Shown: positions 38,611-50,194, counted from the stretch's first letter. The stretch is 64,000 nt of DNA from Gammaproteobacteria bacterium (GCA_963422205.2 CAXMWX010000007.1:149508-213507); one strand, 5' to 3'. Translations and numbers: made by a program. Notes: a model not told the origin generated them from the letters alone.

Positions 38611-39396
38611 CTAAACCCCGGCCAGCCGGTTGACCGTGGTCGTGATGCGGCCGTCTGCATGCAGGTTCAGCACGCGGTAGCCGGGCATGAGTGCATCACG
38701 TTCATGCCGCCGGGTGTACGGTTTGAATTGGGCGCAGGTTGACGGGCTGCCGAGATACAGGCAGCGGCCATCATCATATGCAAACTCCTGATGAATATGC
38801 CCCCAGATTAGGGCTTTTACCGCCGGATAATCGGCCAACAGAGCGAGCAGTGCATCGGCATCCTCCAGCATCATGGCATCCATCCAGGCACTGCCACAGG
38901 GCAAGGGGTGATGATGCAGGGCAAGCAGCATGTGATCATGCCGATTATGCTCAAGGTTGCCCTGCAAGAACTGCCACTCCGCCCGACTCAAGCGCCCGGA
39001 CGGGCGGCCCGGCTGCCAGGTGTTTAGCAGCAGCACAGACCAGTTATTTGCGCTAAGCGATTTATTGAGATAAATATTCGCTGCCCGCAGGTGCGCTCGC
39101 ATCATCGCCGGGTCGTCATGGTTGCCAGCCAGGCAGAAGATGGGCAGGCTGACGGCATGCAACAAGCGGCTTAGTCTCTCATAGGCCGCCACTGCCGGGT
39201 CACAGGCCAAATCCCCGGTGAGTAGCAGCAGATCAGCGTCTTGTTCCTGCTCGGCAATCAAGGCCAGTACCGCCGCCAGGCTCTGCTGGGTATCAGTGCC
39301 GTCAAAATGCGTGTTCCGATCCGCAGCGATATGCGTATCACTTATCTGTATAATGCGGCAGAGGGTGGTTTTTTGGGTGACAACTCTCATCATCAT
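38611..39396 (-). CDS. cpdA: 3',5'-cyclic-AMP phosphodiesterase (metallophosphoesterase)
   Basis: SDTH, TGDL, GNHD, HHHP, GHIHQ and PSTC.QF motifs. Confidence 0.9.
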   Translation of the reverse strand: MMMRVVTQKTTLCRIIQISDTHIAADRNTHFDGTDTQQSLAAVLALIAEQEQDADLLLLTGDLACDPAVAAYERLSRLLHAVSLPIFCLAGNHDDPAMMRAHLRAANIYLNKSLSANNWSVLLLNTWQPGRPSGRLSRAEWQFLQGNLEHNRHDHMLLALHHHPLPCGSAWMDAMMLEDADALLALLADYPAVKALIWGHIHQEFAYDDGRCLYLGSPSTCAQFKPYTRRHERDALMPGYRVLNLHADGRITTTVNRLAGV

Positions 39397-39416
39397 TCAT
39401 GGGAATGTAAGCAAAC

Positions 39417-40076
39417 ATGTCCAGGCAAACACTGAACCTGACCGAGGCCGTGTATCACTATCTTTTGAGCGTCACACTACAGGAAGATGAAGTGTTGCAA
39501 CAGTGCCGTGCAGAGACGGCAAGCCATGCCCACGCCGGGATGCAGATAGCACCGGAACAGGGGCAGTTTCTTGCCCTGCTGATCAAGCTCATCGGCGCAA
39601 CAAACGTGCTTGAATTAGGCACGTTTACCGGCTACAGCAGCCTGTGCATGGCGCGCGCCCTGCCCGCCGGCGGGAAGATCCTCTGCTGTGATGTCAACGA
39701 AGAATACACCCGTATCGCAAAACGCTACTGGGCGGCAGCGGCTGTGACCGGGAAGATAGAATTACGGCTCGCCCCGGCCCTGGACACCCTGCAATCCTTA
39801 ATGCAGCAGGGCAGGCAAAACAGCTTTGACTTTATTTTTATCGATGCGGTCAAGCAAGAGTATCTGGCGTACTACCGCATCGCTTATGAATTGTTGCGCC
39901 CCGGCGGGCTGGTGGCGGTGGACAATGCGCTGTGGGATGGGCGTGTTGCTGCTGAGGATCAAACAGAAGAGACCGTTGCCATCCGTGAGTTAAATACATT
40001 TATCCATCAAGATGTGCGTGTTGATAGCTGCCTGCTGCCGGTCGGTGATGGGCTGCATCTGGCCCGCAAAACATGA
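39417..40076 (+). CDS. SAM-dependent O-methyltransferase (caffeoyl-CoA OMT-like)
   Basis: MQIAPEQG, ELGTFTGYS, FIDA.K and DNALW.G motifs. Confidence 0.92.
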   Translation: MSRQTLNLTEAVYHYLLSVTLQEDEVLQQCRAETASHAHAGMQIAPEQGQFLALLIKLIGATNVLELGTFTGYSSLCMARALPAGGKILCCDVNEEYTRIAKRYWAAAAVTGKIELRLAPALDTLQSLMQQGRQNSFDFIFIDAVKQEYLAYYRIAYELLRPGGLVAVDNALWDGRVAAEDQTEETVAIRELNTFIHQDVRVDSCLLPVGDGLHLARKT

Positions 40077-41458
40077 CGATACCCTGTTCGGTGAGTACAT
40101 TGCGGCAAGCCGAGGCCGCCAGAGAAGCGGTGTCGGTCGCCGGCTGGGTGAGAACCAAACGGGATGCAAAGAATTTCTCTTTCCTTGAACTCAATGACGG
40201 CTCCTGCCTGGGCAACCTGCAAATCATCGTTGATTCGACTCTGGATGATTTTGATCAGGTGCGCCAACTCAACACCGGCGCCGCCCTCCGGGTCAGCGGC
40301 GCGCTGGTGGCCTCGCCGGGCAAAGGCCAGGCATGGGAGCTGAAGGCGCAGTCGGTGATCATCCTTGGGACAGCACCGGCCGATTATCCGCTACAGAAAA
40401 AACGGCATTCCGATGAATTTCTGCGGACGATAGCGCACCTGCGGCCACGAACAAACAAATACGGTGCGCTGTTCAGGATCCGTTCACGCCTGGCACATGC
40501 CATACACGGCTTCTTTCAGGAGCGCGGTTTTCACTGGATACATACGCCGATCATTACCGCTGCGGATTGCGAAGGGGCGGGCGAGATGTTTCAGGTGACA
40601 ACCATGAATCTGGCAGACATTCCCATTACCGATGGAAAGATCGATTATGATCAGGATTTCTTTGCCCGGCAGGCCAGCCTGACGGTCTCCGGGCAACTGG
40701 CGGTAGAGCCTTACTGTTTGAGTTTAGGTAAGGTGTATACCTTCGGCCCGACCTTTCGCGCCGAGAATTCCAACACCGCCAGACATATCGCCGAGTTCTG
40801 GATGATCGAACCTGAAATCGCCTTTGCCGATCTCACGGATGCCATGCAGCTTGGCGAGGGGCTGGTGCGTTACCTGGCCGGTTTTATGCTGCATGAATGT
40901 GCTGATGATTTGGCCTTGTTCAGCCAGTTTGTCGATAAAACATTGCTCGCCCGTTTGCAAACGATCAGCGAGCGTGAATTCATCCGCCTGCCCTATACCG
41001 AGGCGCTGGATATCCTCAAACAATCAGGCCAGCGGTTTGAGTATGCGATTGACTGGGGCAGGGATCTGCAAGCCGAGCATGAACGTTTTTTAACCGAGCA
41101 ACACTTCAAGCAGCCGGTGATCGTGTATGACTACCCGAAAGAGATCAAGGCGTTTTATATGCGTGCAAACGATGATGGCAGGACGGTGGCATCAATGGAT
41201 ATTCTGTTGCCAGTCATCGGCGAGTTGATCGGCGGCAGCCAGCGTGAAGAACGTTACACTGTCTTGCAGCAACGCTTGGCCGAATCCGGTCTCGCTGAAA
41301 AGGACTACGGCTGGTATCTGGATACGCGCCGATATGGCACGGCGCCCCATGCCGGCTTTGGCCTGGGGTTTGAGCGTCTGTTGATGCTATTCACCGGGAT
41401 CAGCAATATCCGCGATGTGATTCCGTATCCGCGCACACCACGTCATCTGGAATTTTAA
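40073..41458 (+). CDS. asnS: Asparagine--tRNA ligase
   Basis: LTVSGQL, GPTFRAENSNT.RH.AEFWMIEPE, GGSQREER and GFGLGFER motifs. Confidence 0.97.
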   Translation: MTIPCSVSTLRQAEAAREAVSVAGWVRTKRDAKNFSFLELNDGSCLGNLQIIVDSTLDDFDQVRQLNTGAALRVSGALVASPGKGQAWELKAQSVIILGTAPADYPLQKKRHSDEFLRTIAHLRPRTNKYGALFRIRSRLAHAIHGFFQERGFHWIHTPIITAADCEGAGEMFQVTTMNLADIPITDGKIDYDQDFFARQASLTVSGQLAVEPYCLSLGKVYTFGPTFRAENSNTARHIAEFWMIEPEIAFADLTDAMQLGEGLVRYLAGFMLHECADDLALFSQFVDKTLLARLQTISEREFIRLPYTEALDILKQSGQRFEYAIDWGRDLQAEHERFLTEQHFKQPVIVYDYPKEIKAFYMRANDDGRTVASMDILLPVIGELIGGSQREERYTVLQQRLAESGLAEKDYGWYLDTRRYGTAPHAGFGLGFERLLMLFTGISNIRDVIPYPRTPRHLEF

Positions 41459-41483
41459 TCGATGAGAATCAGCGCTGCTGGCA

Positions 41484-43430
41484 TCACGCCTGCCCGGCTT
41501 CATGGCGTCTGAAAAACTGTGCAACGTCCTGCAAGTCACGGCAGCGGGGAACGGGCGGCAGGCTGCGTAGAAAAACCTCGCCGTAGGATTTGGCGCTCAG
41601 GCGCGGATCACAGATCATCAACACGCCGTAGTCCCGCTGATCACGCAACAGCCGCCCGATCCCCTGCTTCAAACTGATCACCGCCTCGGGCAGCTGGTAG
41701 GCCATGAACGGGTTAATCCCCTGCTGTTCCAGGTGCTGCATTCTGGCACGCAACACCGGATCACCCGGGGCGGCAAACGGCAGCTTGTCGATAATCACGC
41801 AGGACAGTGCCTGGCCCTTCACATCCACGCCTTCCCAAAAACTGCTGGTACCCAGCAGCACGCTGTGCCGGCTGGTGCGAAACTGCGCCAGCAGCTCTGT
41901 CCTGGGCGCATCGCCCTGCACCAGCAGGGGATAATCCATCTGCCCGGCCAGCAACTCAGCCGCCAGTCGCAAGGCACGATGACTGGTAAACAAAAAAAAC
42001 GCCCGCCCCCGGGTCAGGGTTAATACCGGCAGGGCGGCTTCGACGACCTGCTGCGTATAGTTTTGCTGATGTGGGTCGGCCAGGCCAGTCGGCAGGTACA
42101 ACAGGGCCTGATTGGCAAAATCGAACGGGCTCTCCCAGGCCCTGGCCCGGGTGTTTGACAAGCCAAGCTGATTGGCAAAATGATCAAACCGGGTATTGAC
42201 CGTCAACGTGGCCGAGGTATAGATCATCAGGCAATCATAATCGGCCAGGCGTTGTTGAAACGTGCTGGCGATATCGAGCGGCGTCTGGTGCAGCAAAAAG
42301 CCCTTGCGGCGTAACTCCAGCCACTGGATCAGCGGGGCGGTATTGCTGCTGCACTCATTAAAATCATCCAGCATCGTCAGCACGGCCTCTATGCGTTTGT
42401 AGCAGTGATCCAGCGCCTTGCCACGGTTGGCAAATGCCTGCAACAGTTGCTGCACGGCAAAGGTTTTATCCATTAATCCTTGCAAGGCTTGCTTCACCTC
42501 CGCCGTTGCTGCCTCACGCCAGCCCAGCCGTCCTTCCGGTTGTGCAAATGCCAGGCGCAAGTCCCCTATGGCTTTTTCCATGTTATCCAGGCAGGCGAGA
42601 AAATCCGGCAAATCAGCGGCTTCCTCATAGTAAGCCGCCCGGCTGTCGCCAAGCAGTGCCAGCATCTGCCAGCTACTCAAACTCTGGCTGAAAAATTCCG
42701 AAGCGAGTTCGGGCAACTGGTGCGCCTCATCCAGCACAATCACCTCAGCGGCCGGCAGCAGCTCGCCATAGCCGCTTTCTTTTAATGTCATGTCGGCGAA
42801 AAACAGATGATGGTTGACCACCGTGACATCGGCCTCAGCCGCCTGTTTTCTGGCCTTGAAGACGAAACAATCACGAAAGTGATCACACGCCTGCCCCAGG
42901 CAGTTATCAGTCGTGGAGGTGATCAACGGGCGTAACGGCGTATTTTCCGGGATCTGCTTTAACTCGCTTAACTCGCCATGGGTGGTCTGCTCCGCCCAGG
43001 TGCGTATATCGACAAGCTGTGTATGGGAGGCAGCATCCAGATAACGATGCGTATCCTGCACCTGTCCCAGCCGGTGCAGACACAGATAATTCGCCCGGCC
43101 CTTGAGCAAGGCGACATGGACAGGCCGGTCAATGGCCCGGCATACCAGCGGCAGGTCTTTTGCAAATAACTGATCCTGTAGATGACGCGTGCCGGTGGAT
43201 ATGATGACCTTCTGGCCTGAAAGTATCGCCGGCACCAGATAGGCAAAGGTTTTACCCGTGCCGGTACCGGCCTCACAGATAAACGATTCAGCATCTGCAA
43301 TCGCCTGCTCGATGGCATCGGCCATGGCGAGTTGTTGCCGGCGTGGTGCAAAGTCATCAATGAGCAGAGACAAAGCCCCTTGCTCACCGAGGATATTCTC
43401 AGGGAACAGCATACACCAAGCATACCGCAA
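41484..43430 (-). CDS. DinG/YoaA family ATP-dependent DNA helicase
   Basis: EAGTGTGKT, KGRANYLC, DEAH, SAT and FWEGVD motifs; exact start uncertain. Confidence 0.93.
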   Translation of the reverse strand: MRYAWCMLFPENILGEQGALSLLIDDFAPRRQQLAMADAIEQAIADAESFICEAGTGTGKTFAYLVPAILSGQKVIISTGTRHLQDQLFAKDLPLVCRAIDRPVHVALLKGRANYLCLHRLGQVQDTHRYLDAASHTQLVDIRTWAEQTTHGELSELKQIPENTPLRPLITSTTDNCLGQACDHFRDCFVFKARKQAAEADVTVVNHHLFFADMTLKESGYGELLPAAEVIVLDEAHQLPELASEFFSQSLSSWQMLALLGDSRAAYYEEAADLPDFLACLDNMEKAIGDLRLAFAQPEGRLGWREAATAEVKQALQGLMDKTFAVQQLLQAFANRGKALDHCYKRIEAVLTMLDDFNECSSNTAPLIQWLELRRKGFLLHQTPLDIASTFQQRLADYDCLMIYTSATLTVNTRFDHFANQLGLSNTRARAWESPFDFANQALLYLPTGLADPHQQNYTQQVVEAALPVLTLTRGRAFFLFTSHRALRLAAELLAGQMDYPLLVQGDAPRTELLAQFRTSRHSVLLGTSSFWEGVDVKGQALSCVIIDKLPFAAPGDPVLRARMQHLEQQGINPFMAYQLPEAVISLKQGIGRLLRDQRDYGVLMICDPRLSAKSYGEVFLRSLPPVPRCRDLQDVAQFFRRHEAGQA

Positions 43431-43431
43431 T

Positions 43432-43552
43432 TACGTACAGGATGTACGGTCGTGAATTTGCGCCTGCATTCACGGCATTTATCTTCAGGGATGGAGTGTG
43501 TGCAAAGCCATCGTCAGGAACGATGGCTGCTCCGCCTTCCCTGGCGGTCGTA
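43432..43552. repeat. Intergenic cluster of CAGG(G)A-loop hairpins related to the 48-bp element
   Basis: GTACAGGATGTACGGT, CTTCAGGGATGGAG, GCCATCGTCAGGAACGATGGC, CCGCCTTCCCTGGCGG. Confidence 0.7.
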
Positions 43553-43678
43553 TGCCGCAATGCTAAGGGCAGGGATTGCTCCTGGCAATCCTCCGGGCAA
43601 TCCTGGATATCGACTCAAAACCAAAGACTTTACCGAGCAGGCCGGGCGCCAGCCGAAGATATGCTGACCAGCCGCAGG

Positions 43679-44617
43679 TCAATCCAGCGGAAAACTGAGC
43701 ACATCGTTAATCGACTGGCTATGCGTTAATACCATCAGCAGGCGATCCAGGCCGATGGCCACCCCCGCACAGGCCGGCAGCCCGTCCTGCAAGGCACTGA
43801 TAAACCCATCGTCTATGGGCAACGTCGGCTTGCCTGCCTGCTTGCGGTACGCATTCTCAGCCTGAAAGCGTTGCAGTTGCTCATCCGCATCGCCTAACTC
43901 ATGAAAGCCATTGGCCAGTTCCATGCCGTTGATAAATAACTCAAAGCGCTCAGCCACCGGGACATCGTCCTGACGAATACGCGCCAGGGCGGCCTGACAA
44001 GCTGGATAGTCATAAACAAACACCGGAGACTCCCTCCCCAGATGCGGGCCAACCAGGCGGGAGAACAGAAAATCCAGCAGGACGGCGCGCCGTTCGCCAT
44101 GGCCATCAAATCCCTGCCGATGACACCTGCCCGCCAATTCAGCCATCGTGCTGTGGTGCGGGTCGAGTTCGACATGGCGCTGAAAACAGTGTTGATAGCT
44201 GATCCTGCTGGCCGTTGGCAGGCCAAGCCGCCCCAGCAGGCGGTCGATCTCCATCATCAGCCCACGGTGATCATATCCCGGCCGATACCACTCCAGCAGG
44301 CTGAACTCCGGCTGATGCCAGCCGCCCAGTTCAGCATCACGAAACACCTTGCAGATCTGATAAATCGCCCCACTGCCCTTTGCCAGCAGGCGTTTCATGC
44401 AGAACTCCGGCGAGGTATGCAGGTAGTAACGCTGCTGGTCGGGCTTGCCTGGATGGTTGACAAGCGTGCTCAACGGGGCGACCTGCGGGTCGGTATTGGC
44501 AGCGGCGCCAAGCACGGGCGTGTCGACTTCCAGCACACCGGACTCAGCCATATACGATCGGATCAGGCGGTACAATTCCGCCCGTGCGGCCAGCATCCCC
44601 TGCCGCCAGGCCGTCAT
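43679..44617 (-). CDS. epmA: EF-P lysine aminoacylase
   Basis: LHTSPEF.MKRLL, H.PEF..LEWYR, ERFELF and ELANGFHEL motifs; next to efp. Confidence 0.95.
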   Translation of the reverse strand: MTAWRQGMLAARAELYRLIRSYMAESGVLEVDTPVLGAAANTDPQVAPLSTLVNHPGKPDQQRYYLHTSPEFCMKRLLAKGSGAIYQICKVFRDAELGGWHQPEFSLLEWYRPGYDHRGLMMEIDRLLGRLGLPTASRISYQHCFQRHVELDPHHSTMAELAGRCHRQGFDGHGERRAVLLDFLFSRLVGPHLGRESPVFVYDYPACQAALARIRQDDVPVAERFELFINGMELANGFHELGDADEQLQRFQAENAYRKQAGKPTLPIDDGFISALQDGLPACAGVAIGLDRLLMVLTHSQSINDVLSFPLD

Positions 44618-44669
44618 GGCGTGCTGTCAGAAAAGATGTCGGGCAAAGGCCATGGAAGATCGGCGGATG

Positions 44670-45233
44670 TTAGCAACGGCCGACGTACTCGCCGCTGCGC
44701 GTGTCCACCTTGATCACCTCATCCCGCTCGATAAACAAAGGCACTTTGACCACGGCGCCGGTCTCCAGCGTGGCAGGTTTGGAGCCGCCCGAAGCGGTAT
44801 CCCCCCTAACGCCCGGATCAGTTTCCGTGATCTGCAACTCAACAAAATTGGGGGCCAGCACCGTCAACGGCGCACCGTTCCATAAGGTCACCTCGCACAG
44901 CTCCTCGCCCTTCAGCCACTGGGCGCTATCGGCCATGGCCGTGCGATCAGCGGCCAGTTGCTCGTAACTGTCGGTGTCCATGAAGTGCCACAACTCGCCA
45001 TCGTGGTAGAGGTATTGCAGTTGCCTGTCCAGCACATCGGCCGCCTCAACCGATTCGCCCGATCTATAGGTGCGCTCCAGCACCCGGCCGGTCTTCAGGT
45101 TACGCAGTTTCACCCGATTAAATGCCTGGCCCTTGCCGGGCTTGACAAATTCGTTCTCCAGGATGGCACAGGGGTCGCCATCGATGATCAATTTCAAACC
45201 GGTCTTAAATTCGTTGGTGGCGTAGCGGGTCAT
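44670..45233 (-). CDS. efp: Translation elongation factor P
   Basis: [16 protein letters not shown] and KPATLETG motifs. Confidence 0.98.
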   Translation of the reverse strand: MTRYATNEFKTGLKLIIDGDPCAILENEFVKPGKGQAFNRVKLRNLKTGRVLERTYRSGESVEAADVLDRQLQYLYHDGELWHFMDTDSYEQLAADRTAMADSAQWLKGEELCEVTLWNGAPLTVLAPNFVELQITETDPGVRGDTASGGSKPATLETGAVVKVPLFIERDEVIKVDTRSGEYVGRC

Positions 45234-45307
45234 GATGGCGGTTATCTCTCTGTATAAAACGGCCTACGATTCTAATCCACGCCCTTTTGAGCAGCGGCTT
45301 GCTGGCA

Positions 45308-46192
45308 TCAATTCGGCTGTTGCAAGGCGGCGATGCGCTCTTCAATGGGCGGATGACTCATGAACAGCTTGCCCATGCGGTGTTTAAGGCCGCCTGCTAT
45401 GCCGAACGCGGCCAGTTGATCCGGCAGTGCCTGCTGGCTGGCCGGTCGCTGCAAGGCACGCAAGGCGGCGATCATCTTCTCGCGCCCGGCCAACTCGGCC
45501 GCCCCGGCATCGGCGCGAAACTCACGCCAGCGGGAAAACCACATGACGATAGCGCTGGCCAGGATCCCCAATACCAGTTGGGCGATGATGACGGTGATCC
45601 AAAAAGCCGGACCATGACCGCGCTGCACCTTGAAGACGATCCGATCTACCAGAAAACCAATCACGCGCGAGAGAAAAAACACAAAGGTATTCACCACGCC
45701 TTGAATTAAGCTCAGCGTGATCATATCGCCGTTAGCCACGTGCGAGACCTCATGGGCGAGCACCGCCTCCACCTCATCCCGGCGCATCTGCTGCAACAGG
45801 CCGCTGCTGACCGCCACCAGTGCGTTGTTTCGGTTCATGCCGGTGGCAAAGGCATTGGGCTGCGGTGATTCATACACCGCCACATCCGGCATGCCAACGC
45901 CAGCGCGCTCGGCCTGCATCCGCACCGTGTTGACCAGCCAGCCTTCGGTGGGGTTGGCCGCCTGCGTGATCACCCTGGCGCCGACGCCCTTGATCGCCAG
46001 CCACTTGGATAAGGCCAATGAGATAAACGAGCCGGACATGCCAACCACCGCCGACATGATCAGCAGGTTATTCAGATCAATGCCGATACCCTGCTCGTCC
46101 AGCATACCGCTGATGCCAAACAGCCGCATGGCCAGCGTCAAAATCATCATGATGGCGATGTTGGTCGCCAGAAATAATGCAATCCGCATCAT
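45308..46192 (-). CDS. htpX: Membrane zinc metalloprotease HtpX
   Basis: [23 protein letters not shown] and SHPP motifs. Confidence 0.96.
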   Translation of the reverse strand: MMRIALFLATNIAIMMILTLAMRLFGISGMLDEQGIGIDLNNLLIMSAVVGMSGSFISLALSKWLAIKGVGARVITQAANPTEGWLVNTVRMQAERAGVGMPDVAVYESPQPNAFATGMNRNNALVAVSSGLLQQMRRDEVEAVLAHEVSHVANGDMITLSLIQGVVNTFVFFLSRVIGFLVDRIVFKVQRGHGPAFWITVIIAQLVLGILASAIVMWFSRWREFRADAGAAELAGREKMIAALRALQRPASQQALPDQLAAFGIAGGLKHRMGKLFMSHPPIEERIAALQQPN

Positions 46193-46324
46193 AGTCGTGT
46201 GTTCCTCATCAATGCACTGCGGTAGATCATAAGGCCAAAGCCGCGGTTTTCAAGCCGCACAGCAGCCCGCATGAAGGCAAGTCGTCTCCCCCGCTGTGCG
46301 ATGAGGCCGGCCTTGAGGCTGATT

Positions 46325-48598
46325 TTATGTCGTTTCCCTGTCAATTTTACGCAACGTGATCAAGCGGCTGATCTGTCGGCAGCCACGCGGCAGCAGGACG
46401 CCACGCCGGCCGCGCTCGCCGTAATAGGTATCCATGTCAGCTGGCTTTAAGGTCAGCGTGCGCCCGCCAGCAATCAAGCGCAGGCTGTCGCCCTGGCTGA
46501 GGGCAGTCAACGCAACGACATAGTCTTCCTGGCGCTGTAATTCAGCGGTCAGGATCTGCATCACCTTGATTCCCTTGCCCTTGCCTAACTGTGGAAACCC
46601 GGCGATATCGGTGATGAGTAACCGGCCAGCACGGCTCACCGCCGCGATAACATCATGCGCCGGGTCGTAGACACAAGCGGGCGGCAGAACACCAGCACCC
46701 GCCGGCACGGTCAACACGCTCTTGCCGTTTCTGGTCTTCACTGTCAGGTCGGCCAGGCGCGCCATGAAGCCGTAACCGGCATCGCTGGCCAGAAAATACG
46801 GCGTATCCGGCTCGCCCATCATCACACCGGCAAAGGCGACCCCATCGGGCGGCGTCACACGGCTGGACACTGGCTCGCCATGGCTGCGTGCAGAAGGCAG
46901 GCTGTGCGCCATGATGGCATAACAACGGCCTGTGGAATCAAGGATAATCGCTGGCTGATTGCTCCTGCCATAAGCGGCATGACGAAACGCATCATTGGCA
47001 CGATAACTCAAGCTGCTGACATCAATATCATGGCCCTTGGCCGCCCGCAGCCAGCCCTTCGCCGAGAGAATGACCGTGACCGGCTCGGTCGGCATCAGTT
47101 GCGTCTCATCCATCGCCCTGGCCTCGGCCCGTGCCCGGATAGGCGAGCGCCTGTCATCGCCGTAGCGTTCAGCATCGGCCTTGAGTTCTTTTTTCAACAG
47201 CGTCTTCAGCCGGTTACGGGAATGTAAAACAGCCTGCAAGGAGTTTCTTTGTGCCTGCCACTCATCCAGCTCACCTTTGATCTTGATCTCTTCCAGCCGG
47301 GCCAGGCGGCGCAGTTTCAACTCAAGAATCGCCTCTGCCTGGGTAGCGCTTAATGTAAAGCGCCGCTGCAACTCCTCTTTCGGTTGATCTTCTTCCCGGA
47401 TGATTTGAATGATCTTGTCAATATTCAAGTAGGCGATAACCATGCCTTCTGCGATGTGGATCTGTGCCTCAACCCGCTTCAGCCGGTGTTGCAGTCGCCT
47501 TTTTACCGTCTCGGTGCGAAACCTCAGCCATTCCTGCAAGATGGTCTTCAGGTCTTTGACCTCGGGCCGACCAGTGATCCCGATCATGTTCAGGTTGACC
47601 CGATAATTGCGCTCCAGATCCGTGGTGGCGAACAGATGCGACATCAGATCGTCCAGATTGACCCGATTTGAGCGCGGCACCAACACCAGCCGGGTGGGGT
47701 TTTCATGCTCGGACTCATCGCGCAGATCGTCCAGCATGGGCAGCTTCTTTGCCTGCATTTGCAGGGCGATCTGCTCCAGTATGCGGGCGCCGGAGGTCTG
47801 ATGCGGCAGGGCCGTGATGACCACATTGCCCTGTTCTCTCTCCCAGCAGGCACGCATCCTGACCGAGCCGCTGCCCGTTTGATAGATGTTAAGCAGCTCT
47901 GCCGGCGTGCTGATGATCTCCGCCTCAGTGGGATAATCCGGCCCGTTGATGAGGGTACACAACGCATCAATGCCAGTCCCGGGCGCCTCCAGCAGCCGGA
48001 TGCAGGCGGCTGTTACCTCACGCAGATTGTGTGGCGGTATGTCGGTCGCCATGCCAACGGCAATGCCGGTCACGCCGTTCAATAACACATTCGGCAGACG
48101 GGCGGGCAACAACGCCGGCTCCTCCAGCGTGCCATCGAAATTTGGCAGCCAGTCTACCGTGCCCTGCCCCAGCTCGGACAACAAAACCTGTGCATACGGT
48201 GTGAGTTTCGACTCGGTATAGCGCATGGCGGCAAAGGACTTCGGGTCATCCATTGATCCCCAGTTTCCCTGGCCATCGATCAACGGATAGCGATAGCTGA
48301 ATGCCTGCGCCATCAACACCATCGCTTCATAACAGGCCGCATCGCCATGCGGGTGAAACTTGCCAATCACATCGCCCACGGTGCGCGCCGATTTCTTGAA
48401 CTTCGCACTGGCGCCCAGACCCAACGCCGACATGGCGTAGACAATGCGACGCTGCACCGGCTTTAAGCCATCGCCGATATGTGGCAGCGCCCGATCGAGG
48501 ATGACATACATGGAGTAATCCAGGTACGCCTGCTCGGTGAACTCATGTAGCGGACGGGTTTCGTTTTGGTCAAAATCGAATGTCATATTATCGGACAT
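46325..48598 (-). CDS. parC: DNA topoisomerase IV subunit A
   Basis: [32 protein letters not shown] and AAMRYTE motifs. Confidence 0.97.
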   Translation of the reverse strand: MSDNMTFDFDQNETRPLHEFTEQAYLDYSMYVILDRALPHIGDGLKPVQRRIVYAMSALGLGASAKFKKSARTVGDVIGKFHPHGDAACYEAMVLMAQAFSYRYPLIDGQGNWGSMDDPKSFAAMRYTESKLTPYAQVLLSELGQGTVDWLPNFDGTLEEPALLPARLPNVLLNGVTGIAVGMATDIPPHNLREVTAACIRLLEAPGTGIDALCTLINGPDYPTEAEIISTPAELLNIYQTGSGSVRMRACWEREQGNVVITALPHQTSGARILEQIALQMQAKKLPMLDDLRDESEHENPTRLVLVPRSNRVNLDDLMSHLFATTDLERNYRVNLNMIGITGRPEVKDLKTILQEWLRFRTETVKRRLQHRLKRVEAQIHIAEGMVIAYLNIDKIIQIIREEDQPKEELQRRFTLSATQAEAILELKLRRLARLEEIKIKGELDEWQAQRNSLQAVLHSRNRLKTLLKKELKADAERYGDDRRSPIRARAEARAMDETQLMPTEPVTVILSAKGWLRAAKGHDIDVSSLSYRANDAFRHAAYGRSNQPAIILDSTGRCYAIMAHSLPSARSHGEPVSSRVTPPDGVAFAGVMMGEPDTPYFLASDAGYGFMARLADLTVKTRNGKSVLTVPAGAGVLPPACVYDPAHDVIAAVSRAGRLLITDIAGFPQLGKGKGIKVMQILTAELQRQEDYVVALTALSQGDSLRLIAGGRTLTLKPADMDTYYGERGRRGVLLPRGCRQISRLITLRKIDRETT

Positions 48599-48826
48599 AA
48601 TCGCAGGATCAGATGATGGCATGATGCGGCTTAACTTAAGCTTTCAAGGATACGTGCGCGCCGTCTTTGCTGCAAGCCCGTTATCTTTGACCGACGGCAT
48701 TCATGGCGAGCCGGTATTGCGGCAGCATCCCGGCACCGCTACAATGCCAAGCCACGCCGACGGGGCGGGATGCCCTCCCCCAAACGATAAGCAGCACGAT
48801 AAACAGAGCGATCGTCAGGAGATAAC

Positions 48827-50095
48827 ATGCCAGTCAACTGGGCGAACCAGAGCGTCTGGACCGGTGATAATCTACCCATCATGCGGGGCATGAACAGCGC
48901 CTGTATCGATCTGATCTACCTTGACCCGCCGTTTAATTCCAAAACCAACTACGCCGCCCCCATCGGCTCAAAGGCGGCGGGGGCCGAGTTCAAAGACACC
49001 TGGACGCTGACCGATATTGATGTGCAGTGGATCAACCTGATCGAGGCCAAGCACCCGGCGCTGTATCGCATATTGCTGGCGAGCATAACGAACAGCGACA
49101 AGGCGTATCTCGCCTACATGGCAGCACGGCTGCTGGAGATGCAGCGCATCCTGAAACCCACGGGCAGCATCTATCTGCATTGCGACCCCACGATGAGCCA
49201 TTATCTCAAACTGGTGATGGATGCGGTGTTTGGGCGGAGTAATTTTCTTAATGAGATAATATGGCACTACGGCAAATATACAAATGCCGCCAGGCATTAT
49301 CAAAAAAATCATGATGTTCTCCTGGCTTATTGTAAAGAGAAAGGAGAGCATTGTTTTAACAGACAATTCCTAAGTGGTGCCAAGAGCACAAAAAAAGACT
49401 ATGAAAGAGGGTTTAGGAGACATAAGCCTCAAGGCAACCCGCAACTGCTGGTGTATGATAAAGAGAAGGCAAAAAGTGCAATAAAAAAGGCAAAGGCTGA
49501 CGGCCTTAATATTGTTTACAGAATGGGTGAAACAAAGGTTGCGCTGTCTGATGTGTGGCAAATTCCTATTATTGGTTCTACAGCCAAAGAACGCCTCGGC
49601 TACCCGACGCAAAAACCCCTTTCCCTGCTGCGGCGCATTATTCTGGCAAGTTCCAACGAAGGCGATGTGGTGCTTGACCCGTTTTGCGGTTGCGCCACGG
49701 CCTGCATCGCCGCCGAGATGGAGCATCGGCAATGGGTCGGCATCGACATCAGCCCGAAGGCGGCAGAACTTGTGCAACTTCGGATGCGCGATGAAGTCGG
49801 CCTGTTCTTCAAGGGTGCCGTGCGCGAGGATATTCCGAAGCGTACCGACATCGGCAGGCTGAAGCGTTACAACCATCCCGACAACAAGAAATATCTTTAC
49901 GGCGAACAGGGCGGCGATTGCGCTGGCTGTAACACCCATTTCGAGGTACGGCACCTGGAGATCGATCACATCATCGCTCGCGAGAAGGGCGGCACCGACC
50001 ATCTTGAAAACCTGCAACTGCTCTGTGGCAGCTGTAACCGCATCAAGGGCGAGCGCGGTATGGACTACCTGAAAGCGAAGCTGCAACTGCGTTAG
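48827..50095 (+). CDS. N6-adenine/N4-cytosine DNA methyltransferase (beta order) fused to a C-terminal HNH endonuclease
   Basis: DPPF, YPTQKP and DPFCGCAT motifs; C-terminal CxxC..DHII...GG.D...NLQLLC..CN..K. Confidence 0.9.
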   Translation: MPVNWANQSVWTGDNLPIMRGMNSACIDLIYLDPPFNSKTNYAAPIGSKAAGAEFKDTWTLTDIDVQWINLIEAKHPALYRILLASITNSDKAYLAYMAARLLEMQRILKPTGSIYLHCDPTMSHYLKLVMDAVFGRSNFLNEIIWHYGKYTNAARHYQKNHDVLLAYCKEKGEHCFNRQFLSGAKSTKKDYERGFRRHKPQGNPQLLVYDKEKAKSAIKKAKADGLNIVYRMGETKVALSDVWQIPIIGSTAKERLGYPTQKPLSLLRRIILASSNEGDVVLDPFCGCATACIAAEMEHRQWVGIDISPKAAELVQLRMRDEVGLFFKGAVREDIPKRTDIGRLKRYNHPDNKKYLYGEQGGDCAGCNTHFEVRHLEIDHIIAREKGGTDHLENLQLLCGSCNRIKGERGMDYLKAKLQLR

Positions 50096-50194
50096 CGCAG
50101 AGCGATGCGAAGGACAAGAACAACACCGTCATAGAGAGTGCAATGACCCCAGCCAGCGCTGTTCTGGCGGCGGCTTGTGGTAAACTGATCATCC

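Noticed and set aside
43679-45233. epmB absent next to efp-epmA
   Set aside because: It may lie elsewhere in the genome; cannot be judged from this window
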